A stretch of 64,000 nt of DNA from an uncultured Acidobacteriota bacterium (lineage in GTDB: Bacteria > Acidobacteriota > Terriglobia > UBA7540), in the NCBI GenBank assembly GCA_963804995.1, contig CAWDSK010000002.1, positions 64,001-128,000 of the forward strand, written 5' to 3'. Numbering within the stretch: position 1 is the stretch's first letter; each line of letters starts with the position of its first letter. The notes under the pieces are model-generated. The model saw only the letters and a program-made list of their open reading frames with translations. It was not told the DNA's origin and did not search any database. The position numbers and the translations under genes were made by a program. Of this stretch, positions 1 to 11,442 are shown in pieces.

Positions 1-698
1 AGGGCACGATGTGCGCGGATTGCCAACGGCGCGCCGACTCGAATCCGCTCCGGGTGCTCAACTGCAAAGTCGAGGCGGACCAACCCATCATCGAGAAGCT
101 ACCCAAGATCATCGACCATCTCGATGCGGATTGCCGCGCGCATTTCGACCGCGTCACGAGTGAACTAGAGGTGCGTGGACTCGCCTACCAACTCTCGCCG
201 CGCCTCGTGCGGGGGCTTGACTACTACACCCGCACGACGTTTGAAATTACCAGCGGGGCTCTGGGGGCGCAGAACGCGGTGGTCGGAGGCGGCCGCTACG
301 ACGGGCTTTCTGAGATGTTGGGCGGTCCGCCCACGCCAGGCATCGGTTTTTCGATTGGCCAGGACCGTTTGATTCTGGCCGTGCAGGCGGCTGCCACGCT
401 CAAGCCTGCGACCGCGCTGGCAGCTTACGTTGTTTGGATGGGCGATGCCGCGCTCGGCGTTGCCGCGCGCCTGGTCCGGGAATTACGCGTGCAGGGTGTG
501 AGCACGGAGATCGATTACGACCCCATAAAGATCAAGAAGGCCATGGGAGTCGCCAACAAACTCCAGGCCCGCTTCGCGATCATTATTGGCGACGGCGAGC
601 TCTTGAGCGGCAAGTACCAAGTGAAGGATATGGCAAGCGGAGAGCAAACGGAGCTGGAGCCCGGCGCTATTGCAGAGTATGTAAGGCAGAAATGCTGA
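1..698 (+). CDS. hisS: Histidyl-tRNA synthetase, 5'-truncated by window edge
   Basis: RLVRGLDYYTRTTFE and GGGRYDGL motifs, C-terminal anticodon-binding domain; followed by aspS. Confidence 0.96.
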   Translation, partial: GTMCADCQRRADSNPLRVLNCKVEADQPIIEKLPKIIDHLDADCRAHFDRVTSELEVRGLAYQLSPRLVRGLDYYTRTTFEITSGALGAQNAVVGGGRYDGLSEMLGGPPTPGIGFSIGQDRLILAVQAAATLKPATALAAYVVWMGDAALGVAARLVRELRVQGVSTEIDYDPIKIKKAMGVANKLQARFAIIIGDGELLSGKYQVKDMASGEQTELEPGAIAEYVRQKC

Positions 699-787
699 AT
701 TATGAATTCTGAAAATAAGAGTTGCAGTCCAGGTCGCATGATGAGCTCTGTTCTTAATTCATAATTCAGAATTCATAATTCGTAATT
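691..787. repeat. Inverted pair of 7-bp tandem arrays (GAATTAT / ATAATTC type)
   Basis: aatgctg aattatg aattctg ... ttcttaa ttcataa ttcagaa ttcataa ttcgtaa; overlaps hisS stop. Confidence 0.75.
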
Positions 788-796
788 CCCTTTACG

Positions 797-2590
797 GTGG
801 TGAGTGTGAAATTAGACCTGCTTGGTGATCGGCAAAGAACGCATTACTGCGGCGAGATTCGCAAGGCCCACGCGGGCCAGACTGTTTTCCTGGCGGGCTG
901 GGTGGACGTCCGGCGCGACCTCGGCAACCTGATTTTTCTCGATCTGCGCGACCACACGGGCCGGGCCCAGATCGTGTGCAATCCCTCGGTGAGCACGGAG
1001 GTGCACGACCGGGCGGAGGAAGTGCGCCCTGAATATGTCGTCGGCGTAGAGGGGGAAGTGGTCGTGCGGGCGGCAGACACGGTCAACCCTCAGCTCGCGA
1101 CCGGCGAAGTGGAAGTCATGGCGCACCGTCTGCTGGTATTGAATGAGGCAAAGACGCCGCCCTTCCCGATCGAGGATGAGACGAAAACCAGCGAAGAGAC
1201 TCGCCTGCGTTATCGCTATCTCGATCTGCGCCGCGGCCGCATGCAACGCAACTTGCGCCTGCGCCATCAGGCGAGCCAAGTGGTGCGCGCGCACTTTGGC
1301 GACCACGGCTTCCAGGAAATCGAAACCCCTTTCATGACCCGCTCCACACCGGAGGGCGCGCGGGACTACCTGGTCCCCAGTCGCCTCCACCACGGTTACT
1401 TTTACGCGCTGCCGCAATCGCCCCAACTTTTCAAACAGATTCTGATGATTGGCGGATTCGACCGCTATTACCAGATCGTGCGCTGCTTCCGCGATGAAGA
1501 CTTGCGCGCCGACCGGCAGCCGGAATTCACCCAAATCGATATCGAAATGGCGTTCCCGCAACGCGATGTGTTGTTCGACATCATCGAACGCCTGATGGAA
1601 AAGCTCTTCGCGATGGTGGACGTCAAAGTGAAACGGCCCTTCCGCCGCATGGCGTATGACGAGGCGATGGAGAAGTACGGCTCTGACAAACCGCACCTGG
1701 GTACGGCGCTCGAATGGAAACGCGTCAGCCTCGCGCCCGAAGCGGCCAACACCGTGCATGTCACCCAGCCGCTCAAGGCCATGCGCGTGCCGGGGTGGGG
1801 TGATGCTTCCCGCAGTCAGCTCAACAAATTGCAGGAAACGGCCAAATCCCTGGGCGCGGATTGGTTTTCCTACATCAAGGTGGCCAGCTCAGGGGCGCAG
1901 TCGCCGCTCACTAAAGCGCTGGGCGAACCCTCTGTGGCGGCGCTCGCAGCATCGCTCGAAGCCCAGCCTGGCGATTTGGTTCTGCTGCTGGGTATCAAGT
2001 CGGCGGCCGGCCGGGGCGCGTTGCAGATGCTCGATTCTGCCTCAGGTGAATTGCGCCTAGATATCGCCCGCAAGCTCAACCTGCTCAAAGGCAGCGCCTG
2101 GAATTTTCTCTGGGTGGTGGATTTCCCGATGTTCGATTACGACGAAAAGGGAAATCGCTTTGCGGCCATGCACCATCCCTTCACGTCGCCGCGCGAAGAG
2201 GATTTGGAAAAGCTGGAAACTGATCCCGGGACGGTAAAAGCCCGCGCGTACGACTTGGTACTGAACGGCTCGGAGATCGGCGGTGGCTCGATTCGTATTC
2301 ATCGCCAGGATATCCAGCGCCGCGTTTTTAGCGTTCTGGGTCTGACTGAGGAGCAGGCGCGGGAGCGTTTCGGATTCTTCCTAGAGGCCCTCGAATACGG
2401 CACGCCACCCCACGGTGGTATCGCGCTCGGATGGGATCGCATCAATGCCCTGATGGCAGGAGAGTCCAACATCCGCGAGGTGATTGCCTTCCCCAAAACC
2501 GCCAGCGCCGTGGATCTGATGTGCGACTCGCCGGCCGGTGTGGACCAAGAGCAACTTGATGAACTGGGGCTGGAGATTAAAAAGGATTGA
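797..2590 (+). CDS. aspS: Aspartyl-tRNA synthetase
   Basis: RTHYCG, STPEGARDYLVPSR, LPQSPQLFKQ, CFRDEDLRADRQPEFTQID, PPHGGIALG. Confidence 0.97.
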   Translation: MVSVKLDLLGDRQRTHYCGEIRKAHAGQTVFLAGWVDVRRDLGNLIFLDLRDHTGRAQIVCNPSVSTEVHDRAEEVRPEYVVGVEGEVVVRAADTVNPQLATGEVEVMAHRLLVLNEAKTPPFPIEDETKTSEETRLRYRYLDLRRGRMQRNLRLRHQASQVVRAHFGDHGFQEIETPFMTRSTPEGARDYLVPSRLHHGYFYALPQSPQLFKQILMIGGFDRYYQIVRCFRDEDLRADRQPEFTQIDIEMAFPQRDVLFDIIERLMEKLFAMVDVKVKRPFRRMAYDEAMEKYGSDKPHLGTALEWKRVSLAPEAANTVHVTQPLKAMRVPGWGDASRSQLNKLQETAKSLGADWFSYIKVASSGAQSPLTKALGEPSVAALAASLEAQPGDLVLLLGIKSAAGRGALQMLDSASGELRLDIARKLNLLKGSAWNFLWVVDFPMFDYDEKGNRFAAMHHPFTSPREEDLEKLETDPGTVKARAYDLVLNGSEIGGGSIRIHRQDIQRRVFSVLGLTEEQARERFGFFLEALEYGTPPHGGIALGWDRINALMAGESNIREVIAFPKTASAVDLMCDSPAGVDQEQLDELGLEIKKD

Positions 2591-2686
2591 CGATTGTCGA
2601 TTGATGATTGTTGATCGAAAGCACGCCTTCCAGGGCAGAAATGAAGAATCGGCAATCGACATTCGTCAATCGTCAATCGACAATCC
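2585..2686. repeat. Inverted pair of 7-bp tandem arrays (GATTGNC / GNCAATC)
   Basis: gattgac gattgtc gattgat gattgtt ... ggcaatc gacattc gtcaatc gtcaatc gacaatc. Confidence 0.8.
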
Positions 2687-2689
2687 CAT

Positions 2690-4636
2690 ATGTCCATTAT
2701 CCGCATCCTTCCTGAAGCAGTCGCCAATAAAATCGCCGCTGGCGAGGTGGTGGAGCGCCCTGCGTCGGTGGTGAAGGAGTTGCTTGAGAACTCGCTTGAT
2801 GCGAGCGCGCGCCGCGCGGAAATTTCCGTGGAGGGCGGGGGCAAGCGCCTGATCCGCATCGTCGATGACGGGCAAGGGATGACTCACGACAACGCGCTGC
2901 TGGCCTTTGAGCGCCACGCAACGAGCAAGATTCGCACTGCGGAAGATCTGTTTGAGATTTCGACGCTGGGATTCCGCGGCGAAGCTTTGCCCTCGATTGC
3001 CGCGGTCTCGCGGCTGGTGCTTGAAACCCGGCACGCGTCAGAAAGTTTCGGGACACGCGTGGAATTCGCGGGGGGCAAGCTGCGCGACGTGAAAGAGGTG
3101 GCGTGGCCACAGGGATCGAGCCTGGAGGTGCGCGACCTGTTCTACAACACTCCGGCGCGCCGCAAATTCCTGAAGTCTGAGTCCACTGAACTCGGCCACA
3201 TCGCCACGTTGGTCACTCACTACGCCCTGGCTCACCCCGAAAAAGGATTCCGCCTGAGCTCCCTTACCAATCAAATCCTCAATGTCACGCCGGTCGCGAG
3301 CCATCGCGAGCGCCTGTATCAGGTGATGGGCGGGCAAACCCTGGAGCAGCTTTTGGAAATGGCGCCGGTGGAGCGCCGGATTCTAACCCAGCCCCTGCCG
3401 GGAATGGACGAAGAAGACGAATCCGCCGGGGAAGCGCCTCTCATCCGCGTCCATGGTTTTGTTTCCCGGCCGGAGGTACAGAAGCTCAACCGCAACAATG
3501 TTTATTTCTTTGTAAACAGGCGGCTGGTGCGCGATCGCCTGATTTTGCACGCCATCACGGAGGCTTATCGAAACATTCTGCCGGCCGGCGTTTTCCCCGT
3601 GGCCCTCATTTTCCTTGAGCTTCCCCCTACGGAAGTGGATGTGAACGTCCACCCCTCGAAGATTGAGGTGCGCTTTCGTCATGGGAATTTCATGCACGAC
3701 CTGGTGCGCGACTCGATTCGGCAGACGCTACTCGCGACCCGCCCCGTCGCCTCGTTCCCAACTTCAAGGTCCCCGATGCCCGCGGGTCTGGCCGTGGAAG
3801 CGGCGGACGTCGCCGAAAAGCTGGCGGAAGAGCCGCCCCTCATGCAAGGAACGATGGCGCCGGCCGCCGGGGGCCGGCCTCCCGCGCGGCGGCCGGGAGG
3901 GGATTTTCATCTTTCCGCCCCTCGTGCCCAGCCCTATGCGCCGCGGCTGCCACTTGATTCCGCGCTTGCACCGTACATGCCGGTGACGCCCTCCGCGCCC
4001 CTGCCTTTCGAGTCGGCGCCAGGGGACGCAGCTCCCAGCCTAACGCCGCGCGAGTTGCCCCTCGATCTCCAACCACTGGGGCAGGTGCAGGAAAGTTTCA
4101 TCGTTGCGGTCAATTCCGAGGGCCTTTGGATTGTCGACCAGCACGCCGCGCACGAGCGCGTGCTCTTCGACTACCACGTGCGGCGGCGGCAGGAAAAGAA
4201 AGTCGAAGTGCAGCGCCTGCTCATGCCCATCATCGTGGAGCTGAAGCCTGAGCAGCAGGTGACCTATCAGGGCATTGCTGATGAGCTGATCGCCAATGGT
4301 TTCGAAGTCGAGCCCTTTGGCCAGCGCACCGTGGCCATCAAGACGGCGCCCGCAGATATTCCCACTGAGGAAGTCGAACAACTGATGATCGAAATCCTGG
4401 ATGGAGCGAGCCAGGAGGGAGCGGCGATTTCCTTGGAGGTTCTGCGGTCCAGGATTGCGGCTTCAATTTCCTGCCACGCCGCCATCAAGGTGAACATGGC
4501 GCTTGAGCGCGGCAAGATGGATTGGCTATTGCAGGCGCTGGGCCGCACCGACTGTCCGATGACCTGCCCGCACGGCCGGCCCACTGTGCTGCGGTACGGG
4601 ACGAAGGATTTGATGAAGGCGTTCAAGCGAATTTAG
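2690..4636 (+). CDS. mutL: DNA mismatch repair endonuclease MutL
   Basis: IAAGEVVERPASVVKELLENSLDA, GFRGEAL, DQHAAHER endonuclease motif, CPHGRP. Confidence 0.97.
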   Translation: MSIIRILPEAVANKIAAGEVVERPASVVKELLENSLDASARRAEISVEGGGKRLIRIVDDGQGMTHDNALLAFERHATSKIRTAEDLFEISTLGFRGEALPSIAAVSRLVLETRHASESFGTRVEFAGGKLRDVKEVAWPQGSSLEVRDLFYNTPARRKFLKSESTELGHIATLVTHYALAHPEKGFRLSSLTNQILNVTPVASHRERLYQVMGGQTLEQLLEMAPVERRILTQPLPGMDEEDESAGEAPLIRVHGFVSRPEVQKLNRNNVYFFVNRRLVRDRLILHAITEAYRNILPAGVFPVALIFLELPPTEVDVNVHPSKIEVRFRHGNFMHDLVRDSIRQTLLATRPVASFPTSRSPMPAGLAVEAADVAEKLAEEPPLMQGTMAPAAGGRPPARRPGGDFHLSAPRAQPYAPRLPLDSALAPYMPVTPSAPLPFESAPGDAAPSLTPRELPLDLQPLGQVQESFIVAVNSEGLWIVDQHAAHERVLFDYHVRRRQEKKVEVQRLLMPIIVELKPEQQVTYQGIADELIANGFEVEPFGQRTVAIKTAPADIPTEEVEQLMIEILDGASQEGAAISLEVLRSRIAASISCHAAIKVNMALERGKMDWLLQALGRTDCPMTCPHGRPTVLRYGTKDLMKAFKRI

Positions 4637-4671
4637 CTATTAGCTTTCAGCTATCAGCGTTCAGCTGTCAG
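4634..4671. repeat. 7-bp tandem array (TCAGCTN)
   Basis: tagctat tagcttt cagctat cagcgtt cagctgt cag, starting at mutL stop. Confidence 0.65.
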
Positions 4672-4785
4672 ATTAGGCAAGTATTCGTTGTCCGTGGTCT
4701 GCGGCCGGGTATTGCCGAAGAGCCAAAATCGAGGCGGGTTTCGAATATCGATTTTCGCAACCCGGACAAGCGACGATTCTGATCC

Positions 4786-4914
4786 ATGACTCGCCCCCTG
4801 GTCATCACCATTGACGGCCCCGCCGGAGCGGGCAAGAGCACGGTGGCGCTGACTCGGAGCAAGAACGCGGACCGCGCCTGCTTGTCGCTGCACGGACCGA
4901 TGGCAGTAGGCTGA
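4786..4914 (+). pseudogene. cmk: N-terminal fragment of cytidylate kinase (42 codons; only ~21 recognisable)
   Basis: MTRPLVITIDGPAGAGKSTVA is a Cmk-type P-loop start, then similarity is lost and TGA overlaps the next ATG. Confidence 0.65.
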
Positions 4915-5291
4915 TGGGAGTTGCTGGAATGGGAGCACTGTCGAACCAATCCGACTGGAACTGGCCTGAGGCGCTGGACGCGTTGACTGCCGCGCCGCAG
5001 TATCACCTGCTGCTTTTCGAGAATGAACAGGTGCGCGTGCTCGATACCAGGGTTCCGCCGGGACACACGGTTCCGGCCCATACGCATCGCTGGCCAAGCG
5101 TTCCGTACATCATGAGTTGGAGTGATTTCGTGCGCCGCGACGGTGAAGGAAACATTGTCATGGACAGTCGCGGACTGGCGAAGGTTCCCCCGGAGAGCGC
5201 CCTCTGGTCAGGGCCGCTTCCACCGCATTCGCTTGAAAATGTGGGCGAAGCAGAGCTCCGCGCGATCAGTGTGGAGCTGAAGAAGCCCTGA
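4914..5291 (+). CDS. Cupin-fold protein
   Basis: [11 protein letters not shown]...PG...HTHRWP...PHSLENVG...AISVELK cupin pattern; start may be 4929. Confidence 0.75.
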   Translation: MGVAGMGALSNQSDWNWPEALDALTAAPQYHLLLFENEQVRVLDTRVPPGHTVPAHTHRWPSVPYIMSWSDFVRRDGEGNIVMDSRGLAKVPPESALWSGPLPPHSLENVGEAELRAISVELKKP

Positions 5292-5429
5292 TTCCCGGGA
5301 CGTTGCCTTGAGCTGGGATAGGGTCGCTCCTTTGGAGCTCAGGACAACAACAGATGACTCAGGGCGACAGCGTTGGAGCGCGTCTCAACAGCCTGACAAC
5401 CCCGAACCCCTGATCCCTAATCCCGGCTC

Positions 5430-6779
5430 TTACGGCCTTCCGCCGGGACCGCCACCGTTGCTCATCGAGGAGAGAAATTCCTGGTTGGACTTGCTCTTGG
5501 CCAGCTTGTCGATGATGAGTTCCATCGATTCCACGGGCGAGAGCGGGTTCAGAACTTTGCGCAGGACCCATATGCGGTTTAACTCGTCGCGGGGCACCAG
5601 CAATTCTTCCTTGCGTGTGCCGGACTTGTTGAGGTCAATGGCGGGGAAGACGCGCTTATCGACCAGCTTGCGGTCGAGGTGGACTTCCATGTTGCCTGTG
5701 CCTTTGAACTCTTCAAAGATTACGTCGTCCATGCGGCTACCAGTATCGATGAGGGCGGTGGCGATGATAGTGAGGCTGCCGCCTTCCTCGATGTTGCGGG
5801 CCGCGCCGAAAAAGCGCTTCGGTCGTTGGAGAGCGTTTGAGTCAACGCCGCCCGAGAGCACTTTGCCGGACGGTGGCACTACAGTGTTGTACGCGCGCGC
5901 CAGGCGGGTGATCGAATCGAGCAAGATCACCACGTCACGCTTGTGCTCGACCAAGCGCTTGGCCTTTTCGAGCACCATTTCCGCCACCTGCACGTGCCGG
6001 GCGGCGGGCTCGTCAAAGGTCGAGCTGATAACCTCACCCTTGACGGTGCGCTGCATGTCGGTAACTTCTTCGGGCCGCTCGTCGATGAGGAGCACGATCA
6101 GCGTGATCTCCGGGTGATTGGCGGTCACGGAGTTGGCAAGGGATTGCAGCAGCATGGTCTTGCCGGTACGTGGCGGCGAGACAATGAGGCCGCGCTGGCC
6201 TTTGCCGACCGGGGTGAGCAGGTCGAGCACGCGCGCCGAGATGTTGTCCTTGATCGTCTCGAGATGAATGCGCTCCTGCGGGTACAGGGGCGTGAGGTTG
6301 TCAAAGAAAATCTTGTTGCGGGACTCGTCCGGGGGTTCAAAGTTGATGGCTTCAACCTTGATGAGCGCAAAATAGCGCTCGCCCTCTTTGGGCGGACGGA
6401 TCTGGCCCGAGATGGTGTCGCCGGTGCGTAAATCAAACTTGCGGATCTGCGAGGGCGAGACGTAGATGTCGTCTGGGCCCGGCAGGTAGTTGTAGTCCGG
6501 GGCGCGGAGGAATCCGAAGCCGTCGGGCAAGCACTCCAGCACACCTTCGGAGAAGATCAGGCCGTTCTTCTCGGTCTGCGCCTGGAGGATCTTGAAGATC
6601 AACTCCTGTTTGCGCAGGCCGGTGGCCCCCACCACGGCCAGGTCTTTCGCGACCTGAGTCAGCGTGGTGATGTTCATCTCCTTGAGCTTGCCGATGTCGA
6701 GGACTTCACCCTCCTTCAGGTCCTCGATTCTTTCTTCTTGAACTTCGTCCGTCTTTACTTCTTGTTTCTTTGCAGGCAT
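5430..6779 (-). CDS. rho: Transcription termination factor Rho
   Basis: [54 protein letters not shown]. Confidence 0.98.
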   Translation of the reverse strand: MPAKKQEVKTDEVQEERIEDLKEGEVLDIGKLKEMNITTLTQVAKDLAVVGATGLRKQELIFKILQAQTEKNGLIFSEGVLECLPDGFGFLRAPDYNYLPGPDDIYVSPSQIRKFDLRTGDTISGQIRPPKEGERYFALIKVEAINFEPPDESRNKIFFDNLTPLYPQERIHLETIKDNISARVLDLLTPVGKGQRGLIVSPPRTGKTMLLQSLANSVTANHPEITLIVLLIDERPEEVTDMQRTVKGEVISSTFDEPAARHVQVAEMVLEKAKRLVEHKRDVVILLDSITRLARAYNTVVPPSGKVLSGGVDSNALQRPKRFFGAARNIEEGGSLTIIATALIDTGSRMDDVIFEEFKGTGNMEVHLDRKLVDKRVFPAIDLNKSGTRKEELLVPRDELNRIWVLRKVLNPLSPVESMELIIDKLAKSKSNQEFLSSMSNGGGPGGRP

Positions 6780-7089
6780 AACTTTTCTCTCAGTTTCGTT
6801 GAAATTTCCGGTCGCAGGACCGTTCGGTTAGTTGTTCAGGCTCTACTGCCAAGTCGCTCGCGGAATCGATCCTCAGAAGTGACGGATTACTGAGATAGCA
6901 AGGCAGTCTTAAAAGGTGCGGCAAGATACGTCGTAAGTAATAGCAAAACTTTGCAGAGTTGATTGTCAGAGATTTAAAACTGGCGCCCTAACGCGAAACG
7001 TGCAGAGCCCATAATCCAATTGCATGGATGCACCTCGGGTCTGATTGGTTTCAAATCCTCCCTTAATAAACAATCTTCCCTGGAACTGT

Positions 7090-9520
7090 CTAGTTGGTCA
7101 TGGGTTCCCGGCCCAAATCTTGAGAGGGAGTATCGATCGTGGACGGGGTCCCCTCTCCGGCAATGAGGAGAGGGCGAGGTTCGAGCTTGGTTTCGAGCGC
7201 AATATCAAGCACTTCGTCCATACTCTCCACAGAACGAATCGTCAACTCTTGCTGGATGTTCACTGGAATGTCCGTCAAGTCTTTCTCGTTGTCGCGGGGC
7301 AGGATAACCGTGCGACTGCCTGCCCGGTGCGCCGCAAGCAGCTTTTCTTTGACCCCACCAATCGGCAGAACCTTGCCGCGCAGAGTGATCTCACCCGTCA
7401 TCGCTACGTCGCGCCTTACGGCAATCTTGGTCAGCGCGCTGATCAATGCCGTGGCCAGCGTGATGCCCGCCGAGGGGCCGTCCTTCGGAATGGCGCCCTC
7501 CGGGATATGGATGTGAACATCGATGTGACGGTAGAAATCGGGGTCCAATCCCAGTAGGGCAGCCCGGGACCGCACGTAAGTCATGGCGGCTTGGGCTGAT
7601 TCTTGCATCACGTCGCCTAGTTTGCCGGTGAGCAGGAGCTTGCCTTTGCCCTGCATCAGGGTCGCTTCGATGTTCAGGATTTGGCCGCCCACTTCCGTCC
7701 AAGCCAAGCCTGTCGCTAAACCCACCTCATTCTTCTCTTCGGCCTTAGTGTCGCGGAACTTGATGACGCCAAGGTATTCCTTGAGGTCGTCCGGACCCAC
7801 TGTGACCTGAAGGTTCCGGCCCTCCTTCACAACTTTGCGGGCCACTTTGCGGCAGACGTTGGCTATTTCGCGCTCGAGGTTGCGAACCCCTGCTTCCCGG
7901 GTGTAATGCCGGATGATGTGAACAATCCCCTCGTCCGGAAGTGTGAGATTTTCTTCCTTCAGGCCGGCAGCCTCGCGCTGCTTTTTGACCAGGAAGCGCT
8001 TGGCGATTTCAAGCTTTTCAGGTTCCGTATAGCCTTCCAGCCGCAGGATTTCCATCCGGTCCTGAAGGGGTTGGGGGATGGTGTGCACGACATTGGCGGT
8101 GGTGATGAAAAACACCTTGGAGAGGTCATACTCAACATCGAGATAATGATCCATGAAGGTGTTATTCTGCTCAGGATCAAGGACCTCCAGCAGCGCCGCG
8201 GAGGGATCGCCACGGAAATCCATGCTCATTTTATCCACTTCATCCAACAGGAAAACAGGGTTTACGGTGCCCGACTTCTTCATCATCTGGATGATTTGGC
8301 CGGGCAGCGCGCCGATGTAAGTACGCCGGTGGCCGCGGATTTCGGCCTCATCTCGGACGCCCCCTAAGGATAGTCGGACGAACTTCCGACCTGTAGCTCT
8401 GGCAATTGACCTGCCAAGAGATGTTTTGCCGACACCTGGGGGGCCCACAAAACAGAGGATCGACCCGCGAGGGTTCTTGACGAGTTGACGCACAGCCAGG
8501 AATTCCAGGATGCGTTCCTTAATCTTCTCCAATCCGTAGTGGTCCTCTTCCAACACCTTTTGGGCGCGGGTAATGTCGCGGATTTCCTTGGATTTCTTCT
8601 TCCAAGGCACGGCCAGCAGCCAATCGAGATAATTGCGCAACGGTGGATTCCGCAGACATGGGCGGCATCATTTCCAGGCGCTTCAACTCTGCCATGGCAT
8701 GCTCCAGCGCATCCTTGGTCATGCCCGCGGTTTCAATTTTCTTCTTTAGCTCATCGATCTCGCTCTTCTCGTTTCGGCCCAATTCCTTCTGGATGGCCTT
8801 GATCTTTTCGTTCAGATAATACTCGCGCTGGGCGCGTTCCATTTGACGCTTCACGCGACCCTGGATCGTGCGGTCCACATTCAGTTTTTCTATCTCGATT
8901 TCCAGGATGTCCGCCAGGCGGGTCAGGCGGTCGACCGGGTCAAAGATCTCAAGCAGTTCCTGCTTTTCCTCGATGCTGACATTCAGATTGGCGGCGATAG
9001 TGTCGGTGAACTTGCCGATTTCGTCCACTTTCACAGCCGCAATCATTGTCTCGTAATTCAGGCTTTGCGAGAGCTTGACATACTGCTCGAAAAGCGAAGT
9101 GGAGCGCTGCACCAGTTGTTCCAGGCTAGGTGTAGTGACCGTCCGGAATTGCTTGGTCTGGACGCTGACCCGGAAGTGGCCTTCCTCGTTCGAAATCTTC
9201 AAAACCTTGGCGCGCTCCGCACCCTCCACTAAGACCTTGATGTTGCCATCGGGCAGCTTCAGGCTCTGAACGATATTGGCAATGGTCCCCACTTGGAAGA
9301 TTTCATTCGGCTTGGGATCATCCACGGCGGCGTCGTGCTGCGTGGCGAGAAAAATCTTCTTTTCGCCCGCCAGTGCTTCCTCAAGGGCCCGAATGGAGCT
9401 TTCGCGTCCCACCACGAAAGGAGTCATCATGTGCGGGAAGATGACCACGTCGCGGATGGGCATCATTGGTAACGTGCGAGTTTCGTTCTTTTCACGGCCA
9501 GAAAACATAGGGGAATCCAT
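7090..9520 (-). CDS. lon: Lon protease, split by a frameshift near 8640
   Basis: 8519..9520 encodes the LON N domain to MSAESTV; 7090..8640 continues [25 protein letters not shown]. Confidence 0.93.
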
Positions 9521-10788
9521 TAACCTGCCTTCTCGAGGAATGTGGAGCTGAAGTTGATCTCGTGGTTCTTGACCATTTCTTCGGTCACGACGAAGTCTCG
9601 GAGTTTGCGCTGGCTGGGAAGGTGATACATCAAGTCAAGCATCAAGTCTTCCAGAATCATACGCAGCCCGCGCGCGCCCACCTTCCTTTCAAGCGCCTGG
9701 GCGGCGATGGTGGAGAGGCTTCCCTCCGTGAACCGCAATTTAACGTTTTCGAATTCAAAGAGCCGCTGGTATTGCCGGACCAGGGCATTTTTGGGTTGAG
9801 TAAGAATCTCCACAAGCGCCGCCTGGTCCAAGTCACTCAGGACACTCACCACGGGCAAGCGGCCCACAAACTCCGGGATCAGTCCGTAGTGGATCAGGTC
9901 CGTCGGCTGCACTTGCTCCAGAATCTCGATGTCGCGTCGGTTGTAAGTCACCGGCGTCGCCTGACTCTCGCCATGAAAGCCTATGGTCTTCTTGCCCATG
10001 CGGTGTTCAATGACCTTTTCCAGCCCCACGAAAGCCCCACCGCAAATAAACAGGATGTTGGTCGTGTCCACCGGGGTGCATTCCTGGTGGGGGTGTTTGC
10101 GGCCACCCTGCGGCGGAACGTTGGCCACGGTACCTTCCAGAATCTTGAGCAGTGCCTGCTGCACGCCCTCGCCCGAAACGTCGCGGGTGATGGAGGGGTT
10201 TTCATCTTTCTTCGAAATCTTATCGATCTCGTCGATGTAGATGATGCCCTGTTGGGCCCGCTGCACGTCGCCGCCGGCGCTTTGCAGGAGCTTCAGGATA
10301 ATATTCTCCACGTCCTCGCCGACGTATCCTGCCTCCGTGAGTGTGGTGGCGTCAGCGATGGCAAACGGCACTTCCAACACACGCGCCAACGTCTGCGCCA
10401 GAAGCGTTTTTCCCGTGCCTGTCGGCCCAATCAGGAGAATGTTGGATTTTGTCAACTCAACGTCGCTGCGGATTCGCGTCAGGATGTTCCGTTTGTAGTG
10501 GTTGTAAACCGCCACAGCAAGTTTCTTCTTGGCCTTTTCCTGTCCCACTACGTACTGATCGAGGAAGGTCTTGACCTCGGTGGGTCGCGGCAATTTAGTT
10601 TGCGTCGAGGGCAGGCGGTCGCCACGGTCTTCTTCCAAGATAGAATTACAAACCGCCACGCACTCGTCGCAAATGTACGCCTGCGGATGCTCCCCCGGCG
10701 AAGAGATAAGCTTCGTCACGGCATCCTGAGGCTTCTGACAGAACGAGCATCGAAGCGCTTCCTCGGAACCAGGGCGTTTCAAAGTCAT
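9520..10788 (-). CDS. clpX: ATP-dependent Clp protease ATP-binding subunit ClpX
   Basis: CSFC...CDEC zinc finger, [35 protein letters not shown] overlap with lon. Confidence 0.98.
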   Translation of the reverse strand: MTLKRPGSEEALRCSFCQKPQDAVTKLISSPGEHPQAYICDECVAVCNSILEEDRGDRLPSTQTKLPRPTEVKTFLDQYVVGQEKAKKKLAVAVYNHYKRNILTRIRSDVELTKSNILLIGPTGTGKTLLAQTLARVLEVPFAIADATTLTEAGYVGEDVENIILKLLQSAGGDVQRAQQGIIYIDEIDKISKKDENPSITRDVSGEGVQQALLKILEGTVANVPPQGGRKHPHQECTPVDTTNILFICGGAFVGLEKVIEHRMGKKTIGFHGESQATPVTYNRRDIEILEQVQPTDLIHYGLIPEFVGRLPVVSVLSDLDQAALVEILTQPKNALVRQYQRLFEFENVKLRFTEGSLSTIAAQALERKVGARGLRMILEDLMLDLMYHLPSQRKLRDFVVTEEMVKNHEINFSSTFLEKAG

Positions 10789-10797
10789 CTCCGTGGA

Positions 10798-11403
10798 TCA
10801 CTTGTGCTTGTAAATGATTTCATCGATGATGCCGTATTCGTGCGCCTGCTGGGCGCTCATCCAGAAATCGCGCTCCACATCGCGTTCAATCTTTTCTATT
10901 GGCTGATTGGAATGCTTGGCCATGATTTCGTTTAGGCTGGCACGAATTCGTAGAATTTCGCGGGCGTGGATATCAATGTCGGTGGCCTGCCCAGAGAGTC
11001 CCCCAATCGTGGGCTGATGAATTAAGACGCGAGCGTTGGGGAGGCCATAACGCTTGCCGGGCGTGCCCGCCGCGAGCAGCAGGGCAGCGATACTGGCAGC
11101 CTGGCCGATACAGATCGTGGCCACGTCGGGGCGAATAAACTGCATGGTGTCGTAAATGGCCATGCCCGCCGTAACCACACCTCCCGGGGAATTGATGTAA
11201 AGGGAAACGTCTTTCTCTGGATCCTCGGCTTCCAGGAAGAGTAGTTGGGCCGTCACTAAATTAGCAACGTTATCATCAATCGGCGTTCCGATAAATATGA
11301 TGTTATCTCGCAGAAGGCGGGAGTAAATGTCGTAGGCACGTTCGCCGCGGTTGGTCTGCTCGACCACCATGGGGATCAACGTCATATTGGGCTGATTACT
11401 CAT
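10798..11403 (-). CDS. clpP: Clp protease proteolytic subunit
   Basis: [22 protein letters not shown] catalytic Ser, IHQP. Confidence 0.98.
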   Translation of the reverse strand: MSNQPNMTLIPMVVEQTNRGERAYDIYSRLLRDNIIFIGTPIDDNVANLVTAQLLFLEAEDPEKDVSLYINSPGGVVTAGMAIYDTMQFIRPDVATICIGQAASIAALLLAAGTPGKRYGLPNARVLIHQPTIGGLSGQATDIDIHAREILRIRASLNEIMAKHSNQPIEKIERDVERDFWMSAQQAHEYGIIDEIIYKHK

Positions 11404-11442
11404 GGTCTCTATTTGCGGACTCCTTTAACCCGAGCCGACAAC

